Source: Sphaeroforma arctica JP610 (taxonomy: Eukaryota). Taken from it: DNA of 33,293 nt. The notes below the pieces were generated by a model. That model did no database searches. It was not told the DNA's origin and saw nothing but the letters and a program-made list of their open reading frames with translations. Position 1 is the stretch's first letter; each line of letters opens with the position of its first letter. The stretch covers positions 1 to 33,293 of the forward strand of contig NW_014039661.1 of the NCBI RefSeq assembly GCF_001186125.1, in the 5' to 3' direction. A program made the position numbers and the translations under genes. Positions 1 through 11,836 of this stretch are shown here, piece after piece.

Positions 1-2249
1 ATTGGTCCAACATCTGTGCAGCCTTCTTGGTACTAGCATATCAAAATACATATCCTGTTCAACACGTATATCAGAATGAACAAGTGTATCGTCTACAATC
101 ATACGAGTCGGCGTCAGCATCTCAACCATATACACTATATTTACAAACCATCAAGTTTTAAAGCCTGGTAGCACCAATGAAGTGACACCTTCCAAGCTGA
201 TGCTACCATCATATCACAGATAAATTAATCGCAAAATCGACATATATTGGTTCCTGGTAATGTCAACCAACCTTCAGGACTACAAACTGAAGTGCCGAAA
301 AAGGATATATAAAATCTTTTAAAAAAAGCTACCTAAATTAATGTGGGTCTACAATGCGCACTGTAGCATTTTGTAGGGTGATTGATCTCGTATATCTTCG
401 TATCTATTGAATCTTGTATTTTGAATTAAAATTCAAGCGCTTATGAATATTTGTACCTTTATTGATAGATCTATCAGGAATCAAGTATAATTCTCACATA
501 TGTTTCTTAAATTTTGTAATTCTCACACATTATTTTTAAAGTTAATGTTTACAGCTTCTGTCGTCTCTGTATACTCTGCGGTTGGCATACCTCGGCAAAA
601 CTTTATAGTCGCAAAGGTACTTGCAATAAAAAAAGACGGTGACCCACAAGAAGCATAATTCTCACGCGTGCATTTTGATTAAGAAACCTTCGGGTGCTGC
701 CGGAAGCATCTGTAATTTTGACTTATGTTCCACATGATATTTCCCCCCTTTTGCTAATTGCTACCTGTCCAGGTGTTAGTTCCACTATCAGAACAGAATG
801 AATATTTCGCATACACCTAAGTACTAGCCCGTGTGCATACATAAACATTTCCTACAACGCCGAAGTATTGCATATTCCTCATAGACATAGACAAACATAC
901 CCTTTGTACATATCATATATGGTATATAAACGTCGAGAGCCGCGTACATTTATTTGCTGTTCAGTTAGTTCAGGGCCGCCTAGTTCCTACACCTCATATC
1001 AATTGTCATCGGTAAGTAAACTCCAAAAAAAAAATCCGCTGTCATGTTCTGCAAACTCACATTCGCTTGTCTGAACAGAAATAATTGCAAGATATCGTTG
1101 CCGAAAGGTCAAGATCGACGGGGCAATGTAGATATTAGAGCTCGTAAATGGCTGTTTGAATCCCTCTCTAGCAGAGAAACAAATCACATCAGCTCTAGCC
1201 ACTAGAGACATGAGTGGAAAAAAATACAACGCGCTCATCAACGCAAAGCATTTCCGTACCACCGACCTACACATGAAGCATAAACACAAAATGGTGCTCA
1301 AATGCACCCAAATTTATATCCAGTCCCTGCACTACCACATAGAGAACTACAATAAAAATGGGACTATCAGTTGAATAGAGTGTCCACAGTAAGAGAAGAG
1401 ATAAGTGCACAATATACAAAGTGTCTGTGGTGATGATATCTCAAGTGTCGATGGTGTGTTTCTGCCAAGCGATGCAGATAGAGCAGTTTTGTCGTCTTGG
1501 TACACAACAGTGGGGAGAGGACAAAAGATAGAGCAGTAAAGTGCATCAGTGTGTCATCTTGGTGCACAATAGTGGGGAGAGGACAAAATTGTCCCGACGT
1601 GTACGCGCACGTGCGGCTACGTGTACGCGCACGTGCGGCTGATGATAAAAGACAAACTATATGTATACATAGGTATTACTTTCATGCATCTATGATTAAT
1701 AGCAACGCAACACAGCGGGTACGTCTCGCACATGAAACTATACTAAAGCCATAAACAACATCAAACGAAAATTCTCTACGCGCATCTTTTCCGAAGGTAG
1801 CTCATCAGCTACCCCACACACATCTCCGGAAGAACGTAGAGTGCTAAATTCTATGGGAAGTCAGTTTAGTCCAGATCTAAATAGGCAAGGTTTTTGTCTA
1901 ACTACTGTGCAACTCAACGACGTATTAACGCCTATTCAAGGCACCCATGCAAACGTACAACACAGCCAGGCACAATCAGCAGACGATATCACACCTATAT
2001 CAAATACAGTAGATCCCGGTGAATATTTCATAAAAAATCATCGTTTTGCTTAGAGTAAACTGGTGAACCAGACCTTACTTGTGTATCGTTGCTTTTAAGT
2101 TGGTTAAACTACAACAACCGATTAGACCAACTGACACAATGATCACACAGGGCTAGGAAAGACTGTCAAGCGCAACTAAATGCAGAGAACGATGGGAAGG
2201 AAGAGTGTGTAGACCCTGATAGCAGTGGTGATAGCGATGTAGGTATATC

Positions 2250-3005
2250 ACAACAAGGAAGAAATTTTAAATTGAGTAAATAGCATAAGTCCATCATATT
2301 TATGTGCGCATTTTGAAATAGTCGAGACAATCTTGACTCATTAGGCGCACATTTTAGGATAACAGATGACACCGCTAAACTAATCTACATATCAGCTTTG
2401 AGTCTTATATTCCAAAGTCGTCAGCCATTTCATACTGCTGAACGGTACGCTCAGTTTACACCTGAGTGTACAAGGTCAGCATTGCAGATACAGGATGGTA
2501 TAGGAATAATGATAGGTGATGCGGTCGAACTACCAGCTGAGAGACCTGGGTGTGACGTCGACACGCAGTCTGTGTATTACAGTGAATATAAGAATTATCC
2601 AACATATAAACATAATGTTGTGAGTAATGGCGGCACTTGTCACATCATTAGTGCATACCCCGGATCAGCCACATACAATGAAAACTATGGACCCAAAATG
2701 ATCGCCGGTGATGGCTCTACTTCAATGGTACCTATTTACGATAAAGGTCTGACCGACCGCTATGAGCTTGAAAAACTGGGTATGCTTGTATGTACACCGT
2801 CAGCAAAGTCAGTTTGCCTTTGATGCCAAAAGAAGTGAAAGTGTCAGGGATTTTGCCTAAGAGAGTATCAACATTGTAGGACCATAGAGGGACTCCGTAG
2901 TTACCGTGGATCTGGTGAATGAATAAAGTGTAACCCAAAATTGATTCCGTGGATTACGAAGCCCAGGTTGCAAGAGGTCTCGTCAATCTAAAGCTACTAA
3001 TCACC
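2250..3005 (+). pseudogene. ISL2EU/PIF-Harbinger-type DDE transposase relic (HTH + DDE_Tnp_4-like), with stops and frameshifts
   Basis: ORF 2398-2823 reads IGDAVELPAERP..DTQSVYYSEYKNYPTYK..IISAYPGSAT..IYDKG, matching the IDxTE/YSxYK/GxxSD/DKG layout. An upstream HTH-like segment (LGAHFRITDDTAKLIY) and downstream RTIEGLRSYR and VARGLVNL segments lie across stops or in other frames. Confidence 0.75.
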
Positions 3006-3191
3006 GATTGGTGGACGACAAAGGACTAAAACAAAACAAAAGGGTCTTAGTTAGAACAGCAAGAAGCCGCAGACACCGAACTGATGAATTATTTCAACTT
3101 TATTGACGACAAGGACAATACGGATGTGATATTGTGCAGACATAATGTAGTGCAGACATAATGTAGTGCATAACTTTATTAAAGATTTTAA

Positions 3192-4570
3192 AGGTACTTC
3201 ACTATCCACTACCCCTTGCCGTACATTACTGATAAGTTCTGTTGTCGACAAATTGAGTCTTTTAGCCTACACACACTCGGTCATACACTGACCGAACCCG
3301 TACTACAACACATACAATACATACAGAAGTTGACTGGTTCAAAGATCGAAGTACTGCTGACTAAAGGTACGTGCCATCTCTTAAAGAGATAATTATCCCA
3401 TTAATAAACTCTATTCCGAACTCTCGAATTACCACTGATGACTATTCTGCAGGGAATTACTATAGCTTCAAAGGACTGTGTCATGGCAACTGTTCAAGAC
3501 TTGAGAGACGAACCCGTACCTGGTCAGTATTTGGTAACGTTGAAGTCTAATGGTAGATACAAATGTTTTTGTTTTGTTTTGCGTTGTCAAGCACGTTAAT
3601 AGCCAGACAGATTTACATTACTGTAGGCAGAATTGACATTAATGGACAGTTTATTTCATTCACTCTAGATATATCGGTTTGCGCATGCATACGTCGAGAA
3701 GCGTTGGGAATGCTATGTGTACACAGAGGCAAAACTCTGATGACACTAGCATTGGACAACTCCTGGGGGTATGATAAATTCAAAGAAAAGTACAACCTAC
3801 AAAATGAGAAATGGTCTGTTGTAAGTCACTCGATTTTACTGGTTTCACCTATATGTATATATAAGATCCGATCCAATGAATGTATGTAAGCTTGAACACC
3901 GATACTCAATAGCTCAATGCTAGCTCACTGCTAAACAAATCCCACTATATTCCCACCATTGCTTTAAATCTTTTAAGTACAGCCCTGTATTTCATGTCAA
4001 GACATACTTGAAGCAGTATTCGGAGACTCTTCAAATTTCAAATGAACTCGATATCGAGAGCAAATTATGTCAGGTATCTCCTCCAAACAATCCTGGTCAT
4101 CGAGAACGTAAAAAGGGTCGACATGCCAGTAATCGACGTGAATACAAGCACAAAGGAAAACCACGAATATGCAAAATTTGTTCTGCGAAATATCACACTG
4201 CCCAGACTTGTACATCGTAAGAACTCCGAAAATACTTGGCAAATCACAAAGTGACCGCTCTCGTCAGTGCGTACCCGTTGCCGGAAAGTAGTTACGGTGT
4301 ACGTAAGCACTACAGAATAAAGAAGTAAATTAATTCGCATGTGAATAGCTTGTATATGAACTCTATAACAGGCTTATTATACCCGCCCCTCGAAATCCAC
4401 TGTTTACTATATTCAAAAGCTGAATTTTACTAATCACTACCCCTAAAAAAAAATGGTAGGTTTTATGGATATGTCTACTAAGTGATCGCCATGAAAATAT
4501 ACTGCCGTAGTGGTAGGGGAGTGATTAGTGAAATCTACATGCCCACGGGGTAGTGTTTAGTGAATCCCCT
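3192..4570 (+). mobile_element. Mutator-like (MULE) remnant: SWIM finger plus C-terminal basic region and Zn knuckle; degenerate inverted repeats
   Basis: CACIRREALGMLCVH (SWIM CxC..CxH, 3680-3724). PPNNPGHRERKKGR..RICKICSAKYHTAQTC (knuckle 4170-4211). Motif TTCACTAxxCACTACCCC at 3198-3215, inverted at 4547-4564, with further copies at 4424-4444 and 4515-4534. Confidence 0.6.
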
Positions 4571-6117
4571 CAAGACATCAATAAAAAAAACAATGTTAGT
4601 AATCATACTCATTAGTGGTTCCTATAGTAGAAGCACATGTTAAACGTATTTTATAAACGTACGAATGTTGAAACGCAATACGGTTATAAAACCTGGTATA
4701 CGTTGAAACGCAATTGTAGATATTTGGAACTGCAAATTAACCAAATAATCTAATCGATTAGTTATAGATATCTTGATATGCAGTAAAACAAAACAAATAA
4801 TCTAATATTAAATAGATATTTGAAATTATAATTGTATACAACAGAGGACGGAGACTCTGTTGATATTTCTTTGGTAATTTTTCTTTAACGACATGTATTC
4901 CACCAGAATATTGGGATATAATTTCTGAAGGGTCTCAGGTTAATTGACACTTGTTGACACATGTTATATTTCCGAGTACTCTCAACGCGAGATAGCCCAC
5001 TGAGAAATGGGGCATGAAAATGATACCCTCTAGCAAGCCAACTAGATGTGCCCGTCCATGCCTTCAATGAGATGGAGAGCTAGGTACCAAGTGATGGGGT
5101 ATAGGTGCAGACATTTAACTGCACTAACTTGTTGTTTTTTGATTAATTTTTATTTCTTCTTAAGTTGGACTTAGAGATATTTTAATAGTAATTGCGATTG
5201 GAGGATAGTTTCGAAGCGTGAAACGATAAGAGAATGAAATATCGTGCATCCAATGAAATGAAATCTGATCTTAGTTACTGACACCGAATAAATCTAGACC
5301 GAAGTAGTGAGTGATTAGAGCGGAGCATATAAACAATAGTCTCAGTCTAAGGTCACCTATTCTGTAGCTCATTACCAAGGGCTGAAGTTAATCTTAGATT
5401 ACATTGTGCAAATTTACTTTGAAATCGTATTTTCTTTTACGTTAACTTATTAACATCGATAGTCAGCCTGGAAAGTCTGACTTTTACAATAGGTACAGAA
5501 TCTCCTGTCAAAACCTGTTTATCTTGAGATTCCTCTCCTTCTTCTTATCCTTGTAAGTGCTGAGTTTTGCTGTGCGGTATGTCTTGTACAACTCTCGTTC
5601 CCCATCTCCCATCGGGGTCTTCCGAGTTTTTATATGATTCCTTCCCAGTGGATTGAATTTGGCGCGTGTAATAGTACATATGTAATTCTTACTCTTATCT
5701 AAGAACTGCTGTGCTATAACAATCGAATGTTGATTGGCGTTGAACTTTCTAGTCTTCGGTCTTGTCGACCACCTACATGCACCATTCCGCAGATACGCTC
5801 CAACGTTGCTCGGATGTTTACACATTTGGTGTGATTGTGACAAGGGCTGACCTTCAATGTTTTGGTCTTGCCCTTCGCCCTCGTCGGTAGTCATCTTCTT
5901 TATTCTAGCTAATGGCAGTAAACAATTACACTCCTCGATTGAAATAATGTACAAAGCTTCTGTAGTATTGTTCTTATCAGCCAATAGCACGCGCATCACG
6001 GCCATCTTTTCATGTCTGTAGGACCTACTGTACTGACTTGCGATTTGACGTACACTAGTTGTCGGTGTTTGCGATTTGAATCATCCCTTAGCGGCGCACA
6101 AACGTATTGCAGATTTA

Positions 6118-6985
6118 TCACGTCTCGTTTTTCTTGTTCTTTAGCTTGGCGCAAAGTATCACATGGGCAGATCCCCCCAAATAAGTTTTGATGACTGCGT
6201 TAGATACTACATATCGATCCTTAGCATCACAATAATCTATGAACTTCAGGTTTTTACATGTATCCTTAATAGCATCCCATGATAAACGCTTGAGTATACA
6301 CATTAAGGTATATAAATTCTGCGCAAGAAACTCCAGTATAACATTCTTAGTGGTGAAGCGGGCAAGACGAAGCAAGACTCTATCAAAACCGTACGCTATT
6401 ACAGCCTTCAAAATGAGCTTACACTCTGCTTTGAGTTGTTGTTCTGGGTCAACATTCTCGAATGCGAGAAGTACATCTCTTATGCGTGAAGTTCTAGCTT
6501 TGCGACGTTAGAATACAATTACTGCACCAGATCTCCACTCAACATCACAAATGATCTTATCACAGCCGAGAACAAAATATCCTGTATCATATAATAGTAT
6601 ATAGTCAACGGGGTTTTTAATTTGGAGAGCAAGCAGTTGCTGCTCCGCTTCCATTGGGGCTACCATGAATTCAATATCCTTATCACGACACAACAACATC
6701 AAATGTTCTGCATATGCAATATTATAATAAGCTACGGCTGCTTTACACTGCTTCTTTTCATCGAAAGTTTTGTCCTTATGCTTCCACTGCAGAAGCAATA
6801 ATATATAGTATTGATTAATATTAACCACATAATAATGTAGTGAGACCAATAAACGATCACGTAATAAGTATTATATACCTTAATATAGTCGTCGATAGAT
6901 TGCATTGCCAAATTCCTTCTAGCTTCTCGCTTTCGTTTGCGAGTTTGTCTCTCACTCGGTAGCCATCAAAGACAATGAACAATTG
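6118..6985 (-). pseudogene. XPG/FEN1/EXO1-family 5' nuclease pseudogene (XPG-N end, XPG-I, possible H3TH); probable intron 6787-6878
   Basis: FIVFDGY followed by a basic helix (RKRKREARRNLAM, after a frameshift). LMLLCRDKDIEFMVAPMEAEQQLLAL..VDYILLYDTGYFVLGCDKII resembles EXO1 VAPYEADAQLAYL..ITEDSDLLVFGC. A GT..AG intron joins the pieces in frame. Confidence 0.65.
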
Positions 6986-7446
6986 TTTGAGTGTTCCAAA
7001 CCCGTACGACATTGTATTGAAGCCCATGCATCAAGTAGAAACGGTTAAAATTTATTATCCATCACGATGTCTACCGTTTTGCAAACGCATGAATAAGGGC
7101 GACAATAACGACGACAACCCTAGCACCCCCATCGTGTCTTATGATGCATAATGTAGTATGAAGGAGCATGCACACCTATATACCTATGTATAGATGGTCT
7201 GATAAGATTAATAGTCAAATTTATTATACAAAATGACAATAAAATACAGCACATGCCAAAACATAATGTTCGGTACAAACCAAAATTCAGATACTAAATT
7301 ACTATATAAAAAATGAGCGGTAATCTATTCCGACTCTTGCGTAATAACGTTGTACATGTTCCGCCTCCTACGTGATAATGCTCTACATATTCCGATTTCT
7401 ACGAAATAATGTTATCCAACTCAACACCACTCAGGGCGACTATGCA

Positions 7447-7660
7447 ACACGCTCGAAGCTGCAGCTGCTCACCGACTCTCAAGTGCTCACGCAAAGTTCA
7501 ATGCGCGGTAAGTCACAGGGTTGCTCGCCTCTGAGTAAGAATATACAGAGTGCTCGCCCGCATTCTCAGCATTTCAATAAACACACAATACGCTCGAAGC
7601 TGCGATTAATAACCAGGCTCACACAAAGTTCAATGCGTCGTATCCTAAGGATTGCTCGTC
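7447..7660. repeat. Degenerate tandem duplication (~140 bp period)
   Basis: ACGCTCGAAGCTGC...CTCAC(G/A)CAAAGTTCAATGCG at ~7448-7506 and ~7590-7637. Confidence 0.7.
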
Positions 7661-7982
7661 ACTGATTGCCAGAATAAGTGACGATTGGTATCCCACCAAT
7701 ACGATTCATCTGTACACACTATATAGAGCCATTCACCAATAAAACCTGGTACATTAACGAAAATAAAGTCTTCACCAACAAATCGATGAGGCACAAACGA
7801 CCCATAGAGCTTTGTACCAAGAGTCACCGGGCCTGTGTCAGGAAAATTGCCATTTGCCCCCACTTGGCTTTGACCGCAACACTATCCACTATCCAGAGGG
7901 CCGTGTAGCCTTCTGATTTCTGAATATTGAACAGACTTTAATCATCTTTTTAAAAGTCTCGCCCTTTTGCACTGACGAGTGC

Positions 7983-8168
7983 TATTGGAACTAGAAACTG
8001 TCAACATAATTGATTAAGTTTACTATTGAATATAGTTGTATATTTGTAGGATAATAAACGGAGTAAAAATTGTGTTCACGATTATTGACCACATGTGATT
8101 ATGCTCAGTAACCGAAAAACCTAGTTTAGGGTTTAAACCCAGATAGTCAGGTTTAACCTGTCCCAGTA
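7983..8168 (-). repeat. Copia LTR (186 bp, TA...TA termini)
   Basis: Closely similar to 22224-22409 and homologous to 18788-18988, which is followed by a PBS. Minus-strand termini are TACTGGGA...TTCCAATA. No clear PPT is adjacent. Confidence 0.75.
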
Positions 8169-8229
8169 ATGATTTTCGTGTTATCGGGAAGTGGAAATCT
8201 TGAGGGGAAAGTATTTGTTGTGTAAAATA

Positions 8230-8789
8230 CTCGTGGAGACACTTGGTAAGAAGGTCAGCGGGGTTCTCGTGCGTAGAGATGTAGCTATTGTTAATGATGC
8301 CCTGGTGGGCACAGTCGCGTATGTAGTGGGCTCGGACCTCGATGTGTTTGAGGCCTTTGGCGGTGCCCGTACCAAAAGCGACTTCAATAGCCAATTGATT
8401 GTCGACATGGAGATGAGTCGGATGGAGAACTGTGTGCCCGCAAGCATTGAGTATATTACGGACCCATGCAATATCACGCGTGGCCTCAGATGCCGCAATA
8501 TATTCGGCCTCTGTGGAACTTATACTGACAGTCCTTTTTTTTTTTGACTTCGCCAGTGGACGGGCGTGTTGTTCAGAGTGATGAGGGTGCCAGTATGTGA
8601 TTTCCGGGTGAGTGGGCAAGAGCCCCAGTATGAATCGGTATACGTTGTGAGGTGATGGCTGATGTCGAGCTTATCGGGGGCGGATGTGTAGCGTAGAGCA
8701 AATGTTTTAATAGTGACGAGATAGTGTAAAATGCGGGTCAGCGCATCGTAGTGAGGAATCAGGGGGGCTACACTGAAGAGAAGTGGCAT
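8230..8789 (-). pseudogene. Copia RT C-terminus and RNase H
   Basis: HYDALTRILHYL..YTDSYWGSCPLTRKSHTG..VHWRSQKK, a frameshift in the T11 run (~8535-8545), then TVSISSTEAEYIAASEA..VDNQLAI..KHIEVRAHYIRD..NPADLLTK. Confidence 0.92.
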
Positions 8790-9115
8790 AGGGGACGGAA
8801 CGAAGTTAGAGGTAGGTGTGTGGGGGGGTCGGCTATACCGGTGGAGTGAGTGAGAGGGATTGAAGTAGGCGGTGAGGGAATTGTCGAGAGTGGTATGGGA
8901 GTTGGTAGGGGAGGAATGGTGGGGGTGGGGAGTGGGAGAGGGTCAGGGAGAGGAGGCACGACAGCAAGGAGTGGTATAGGGGTGGGGTCTGGAGGAATTG
9001 GAGTGGGAGGTGGTTGTCCGGGCGCAGGTGTTGAAGGGAGGGCCGAGGTAGTGGTATGGTGGTGGGGACCGGAGGAATTGGGGAAATATAACGAATCTCG
9101 ACGGCGATGTGATGA

Positions 9116-10517
9116 CTAGCTGTTGCCCAGTCGCTGGGAATTTCCCATATAGATGGGGTAGAATCTCGTGTGGCATTGGGGGCGTTCCTTTGTAAAAATT
9201 TGGACGTCATGGCTATGGATAATCATCTGGGTCGAAAAACTCTGAATTGTGAACGTGTAATCGGTGCCATTTAGGACCTGGCCGCGGAGAACCCAAAGCC
9301 ACATGGCGGGGCATACTTGTGTTTGGGGTATGTAGTTGAAGCCTTTGTATATTTTAAATGCAACGACACAACCAGAACGCGTATGAGGGTACGTAGCGGC
9401 CGATTGTCTATGCCATATACGATGCGGAGTGAACAGTTTGGCATTCTTGGGAGGGGTACGATTCCGAAGGGTGTCAGCGAATGTTTTGGCGAAGCCCCAG
9501 AGAACAAGGGGCATACCAGCATCAAGTAAGAGGCATCAAACCAAGGTATTGAGGGTAGAGTGTTGGCGTTCGACCGCTGCGTTCATTTGGGGGGTGTTTG
9601 GTGGCGTAACACGGAGTGCCATATTCTGCGAGGTAAGATGATTGCGAAGGTTCTCGCTCTGGAGAGCAAAGTTTCCATCGGACGTGAGGGTGTGGGGTTT
9701 CCAGTGCCTCGGTATGTGTGTTAGAAGTTCGCCCACCTGCTGTTCCAACGACATTTTGTTGGGCAGGTTTTTGTGGATGCCGAATGTAGATACAGCGTCG
9801 ACCATGTTTAATGCATAAATATTGCCATCGCGATCATGGGGGATGGGACCCTGAAGGTCGATGTGCAGCTTTTCGCCAGGGCCATAGATAGTATCTGTTG
9901 ACTCACGGGCTACTCCCTTCGCGTGCATTTTAGGCTGGTTTTGCCAACTTTCTGAAATTGTGAAAATAGCCTTTTGGATCGAGTAAAACACCTTACTCCG
10001 GCAACTAAATTGTGTATTTCATATCCTCGTGCTGAAATTATGAAATGTATTTGAAATTCTGGAAAATTTTCAGGACAATTTGAAACTTGATATTCGTTCA
10101 GATTGTCCCTTTTGGCAAGTTCAAATTACAAGACTGCACCTCCAAGAAATTCTACTCAAAATTCGAAATCCGAAATTTTCCTCTAATAAGTGAAAACGAG
10201 GGTCAGACAACGTTTTCACTTGGATAAGAGAAATAGACTGTTCTATTTTAAAATCTACTCTGGCTTTTTTTTAGCGCACTTTTGAAATTACAGTATGTCA
10301 CATTTTTATGTATGGCGTTTGTCAACTGGACAATAGACTTTTTGAGGAAATTCTGGGCTGCCCTACAGCCATAATTTGTTGGACTGGCTATAAAAATTTC
10401 AATACAGTACTGGAAAAGAAACTATCCGAAATACAGTCCATAATTCCAAAAACAATAGTTTCCTCAGAGTTTTATAAAGTTGGCAAAACAGGCCTTAGCT
10501 TCGATGCAGGTGGGACA
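9116..10517 (-). pseudogene. Copia integrase (CxxC and rve core), split by a MITE
   Basis: Excising 9933-10494 plus one TTA restores KHCPTCIEAKMHAKGVARESTDTIYGPGEKLHIDLQGP..YALNMVD..TSDG..PQMNAAVER..LP-like/WGFA..RNRTP. Confidence 0.9.
9933..10494. mobile_element. Non-autonomous PIF/Harbinger (Tourist-like) MITE, 562 bp
   Basis: 25-bp TIRs GGCTGGTTTTGCCAACTTTCTGAAA vs GGCCTGTTTTGCCAACTTTATAAAA (21/25). TTA TSD at 9930-9932 and 10495-10497. Removal restores the integrase reading frame. Confidence 0.9.
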
Positions 10518-10597
10518 ATGTTTTTCGAACTTGGGGTTGGCCCGGGCAGCATAATGGCCGCTGTAAGTGCACTGGAGTCGCGAACAGCAGTATGAAG

Positions 10598-10916
10598 GGG
10601 ACCGATAAGAGCTACGATCGTGTAGAGCCAAGACGGACGGCCGACAACAGTAGTTCCGTGTCGGAGAAAGGGAGAGTACGTGTTACGTATGATGAAGGGG
10701 TCTGATTGAAAACGTGAGCTGACCGCCGTCCACCATTTGGCGCATGGTCGGAGGGGAATGACGATGGCCGTGGTTGCCCCGACCTTAGTAACAGCGTGGG
10801 TCATTTCGTAGATGTCGTTCCATATGGGGTTGCCATAGGCTTACTCGGGAAGGAAATTCACTTGCCGCCAGTCATTATCAACGCCGCCGCCTTCAGGGCC
10901 TGCGTAGCGAGGTACC
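10598..10916 (-). pseudogene. N6-adenine DNA methyltransferase-like domain of Copia A (C-terminal two thirds)
   Basis: VPRYAGPEGGGVDNDWRQVNFLPE*AYGNPIWNDIYEMTHAVTKVGATTAIVIPLRPCAKWW..DPFII..FLRHGT..WLYTIVALIGP; NPIW at 10820-10831; 23/81 ungapped identities to the Gypsy MTase domain. Confidence 0.8.
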
Positions 10917-11013
10917 TGTGTAAAAGCCGGGCCCCCACATTAGAATCTTGTAATATAAACGGACACTTAAAAGTACGTAAACTTAGTTTTCCCTAAATGG
11001 GTTTTAACAGTTT

Positions 11014-11044
<31 letters not shown>

Positions 11045-11734
11045 AATATATAAAGACAATCCAATTTGTTCAGTTAAGTAAATTTAAATGATTGTGAGGC
11101 CGACCACCTTTTCCATTTTACATATCAGATATTTGGACAAGGCCATTAAAAGCCCCCAGTAAAATACCAAATATAAGATTTGGACTAGTTCTATTAATAG
11201 AACTATATTTACTTTCCAAATCTATTTATATCTGAATACTTCGGTAGCGAGATGGCTCAACCGAACATAGGTTTCTAAGGACTATTAGCGTTGCTTAGTT
11301 TATCCTCTGTTCAGCCAACCAGATGTGCCAGTCTGATGCAGGCTAGTCGGTAATTCTTGATAAGTGGCAAGTTATTGGTTAGTACAATAACTATGGACTT
11401 CGAGAGTTTTTTTTTTCTATTTTTTTTCTAAAGATAGGATTTTATGAGTCTCTCGGATTCGCCCCAACGAAACATATCATAGTTTCTACTAGAGCGACGA
11501 CGAAACACTAAATAAAATCCCTTCGGCGAAAACAGTACTGAGAGGTATATATATATTGGCAATGTCTCAGCCTCACAATCCCTCAGAGTATTGCTGTCTT
11601 CACGAGGCTTACCTTAATTTATTAAAAGACTCACTTCAATTATTTACTTTGAAATTTTATTATACTTAGACCTAATCTAAGCGTTTAATTACTCTAAGGC
11701 GTTAATATCGCCTTGATAGACCGGAACTTACACA
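10917..11734 (+). repeat. Gypsy 5' LTR (~818 bp)
   Basis: Starts TGTGTAAAAGCCGG and ends CCGGAACTTACACA (inverted termini, TG...CA). Its first ~540 bp are repeated at 18341-18787, less a ~80-bp indel. The right end is inferred from the inverted terminus. Confidence 0.85.
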
Positions 11735-11836
11735 TTTTAAAGTTAGCAAAGGTATTAACTACTTAGACTACTTAAACGTAAAGGTAGATAACTACCTCAA
11801 TTTTTTTCCTAAACGCAGTCATTTAAGTTAAGTATT

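Larger units (their letters stand above)
7983..10916 (-). mobile_element. Ty1/Copia LTR retrotransposon copy A (degenerate; RT core deleted; cut at 10916 by the Gypsy insertion); order MTase-integrase-(RT)-RNase H-LTR
   Basis: The integrase core lies upstream of the RT C-terminus/RNase H (Copia order), and the RNase H motifs are Copia-type. An LTR-like repeat lies at 7983-8168. Confidence 0.9.

Noticed and set aside
1500..1640. CACAAYAGTGGGGAGAGGACAAAA x2 and a 22-bp tandem as transposon termini
   Set aside because: Direct repeats only; no inverted partner or TSD was found.
8768..9210. Pro-rich and Gly-rich ORFs as separate genes
   Set aside because: This is the low-complexity linker between Copia integrase and RT, read in several frames.
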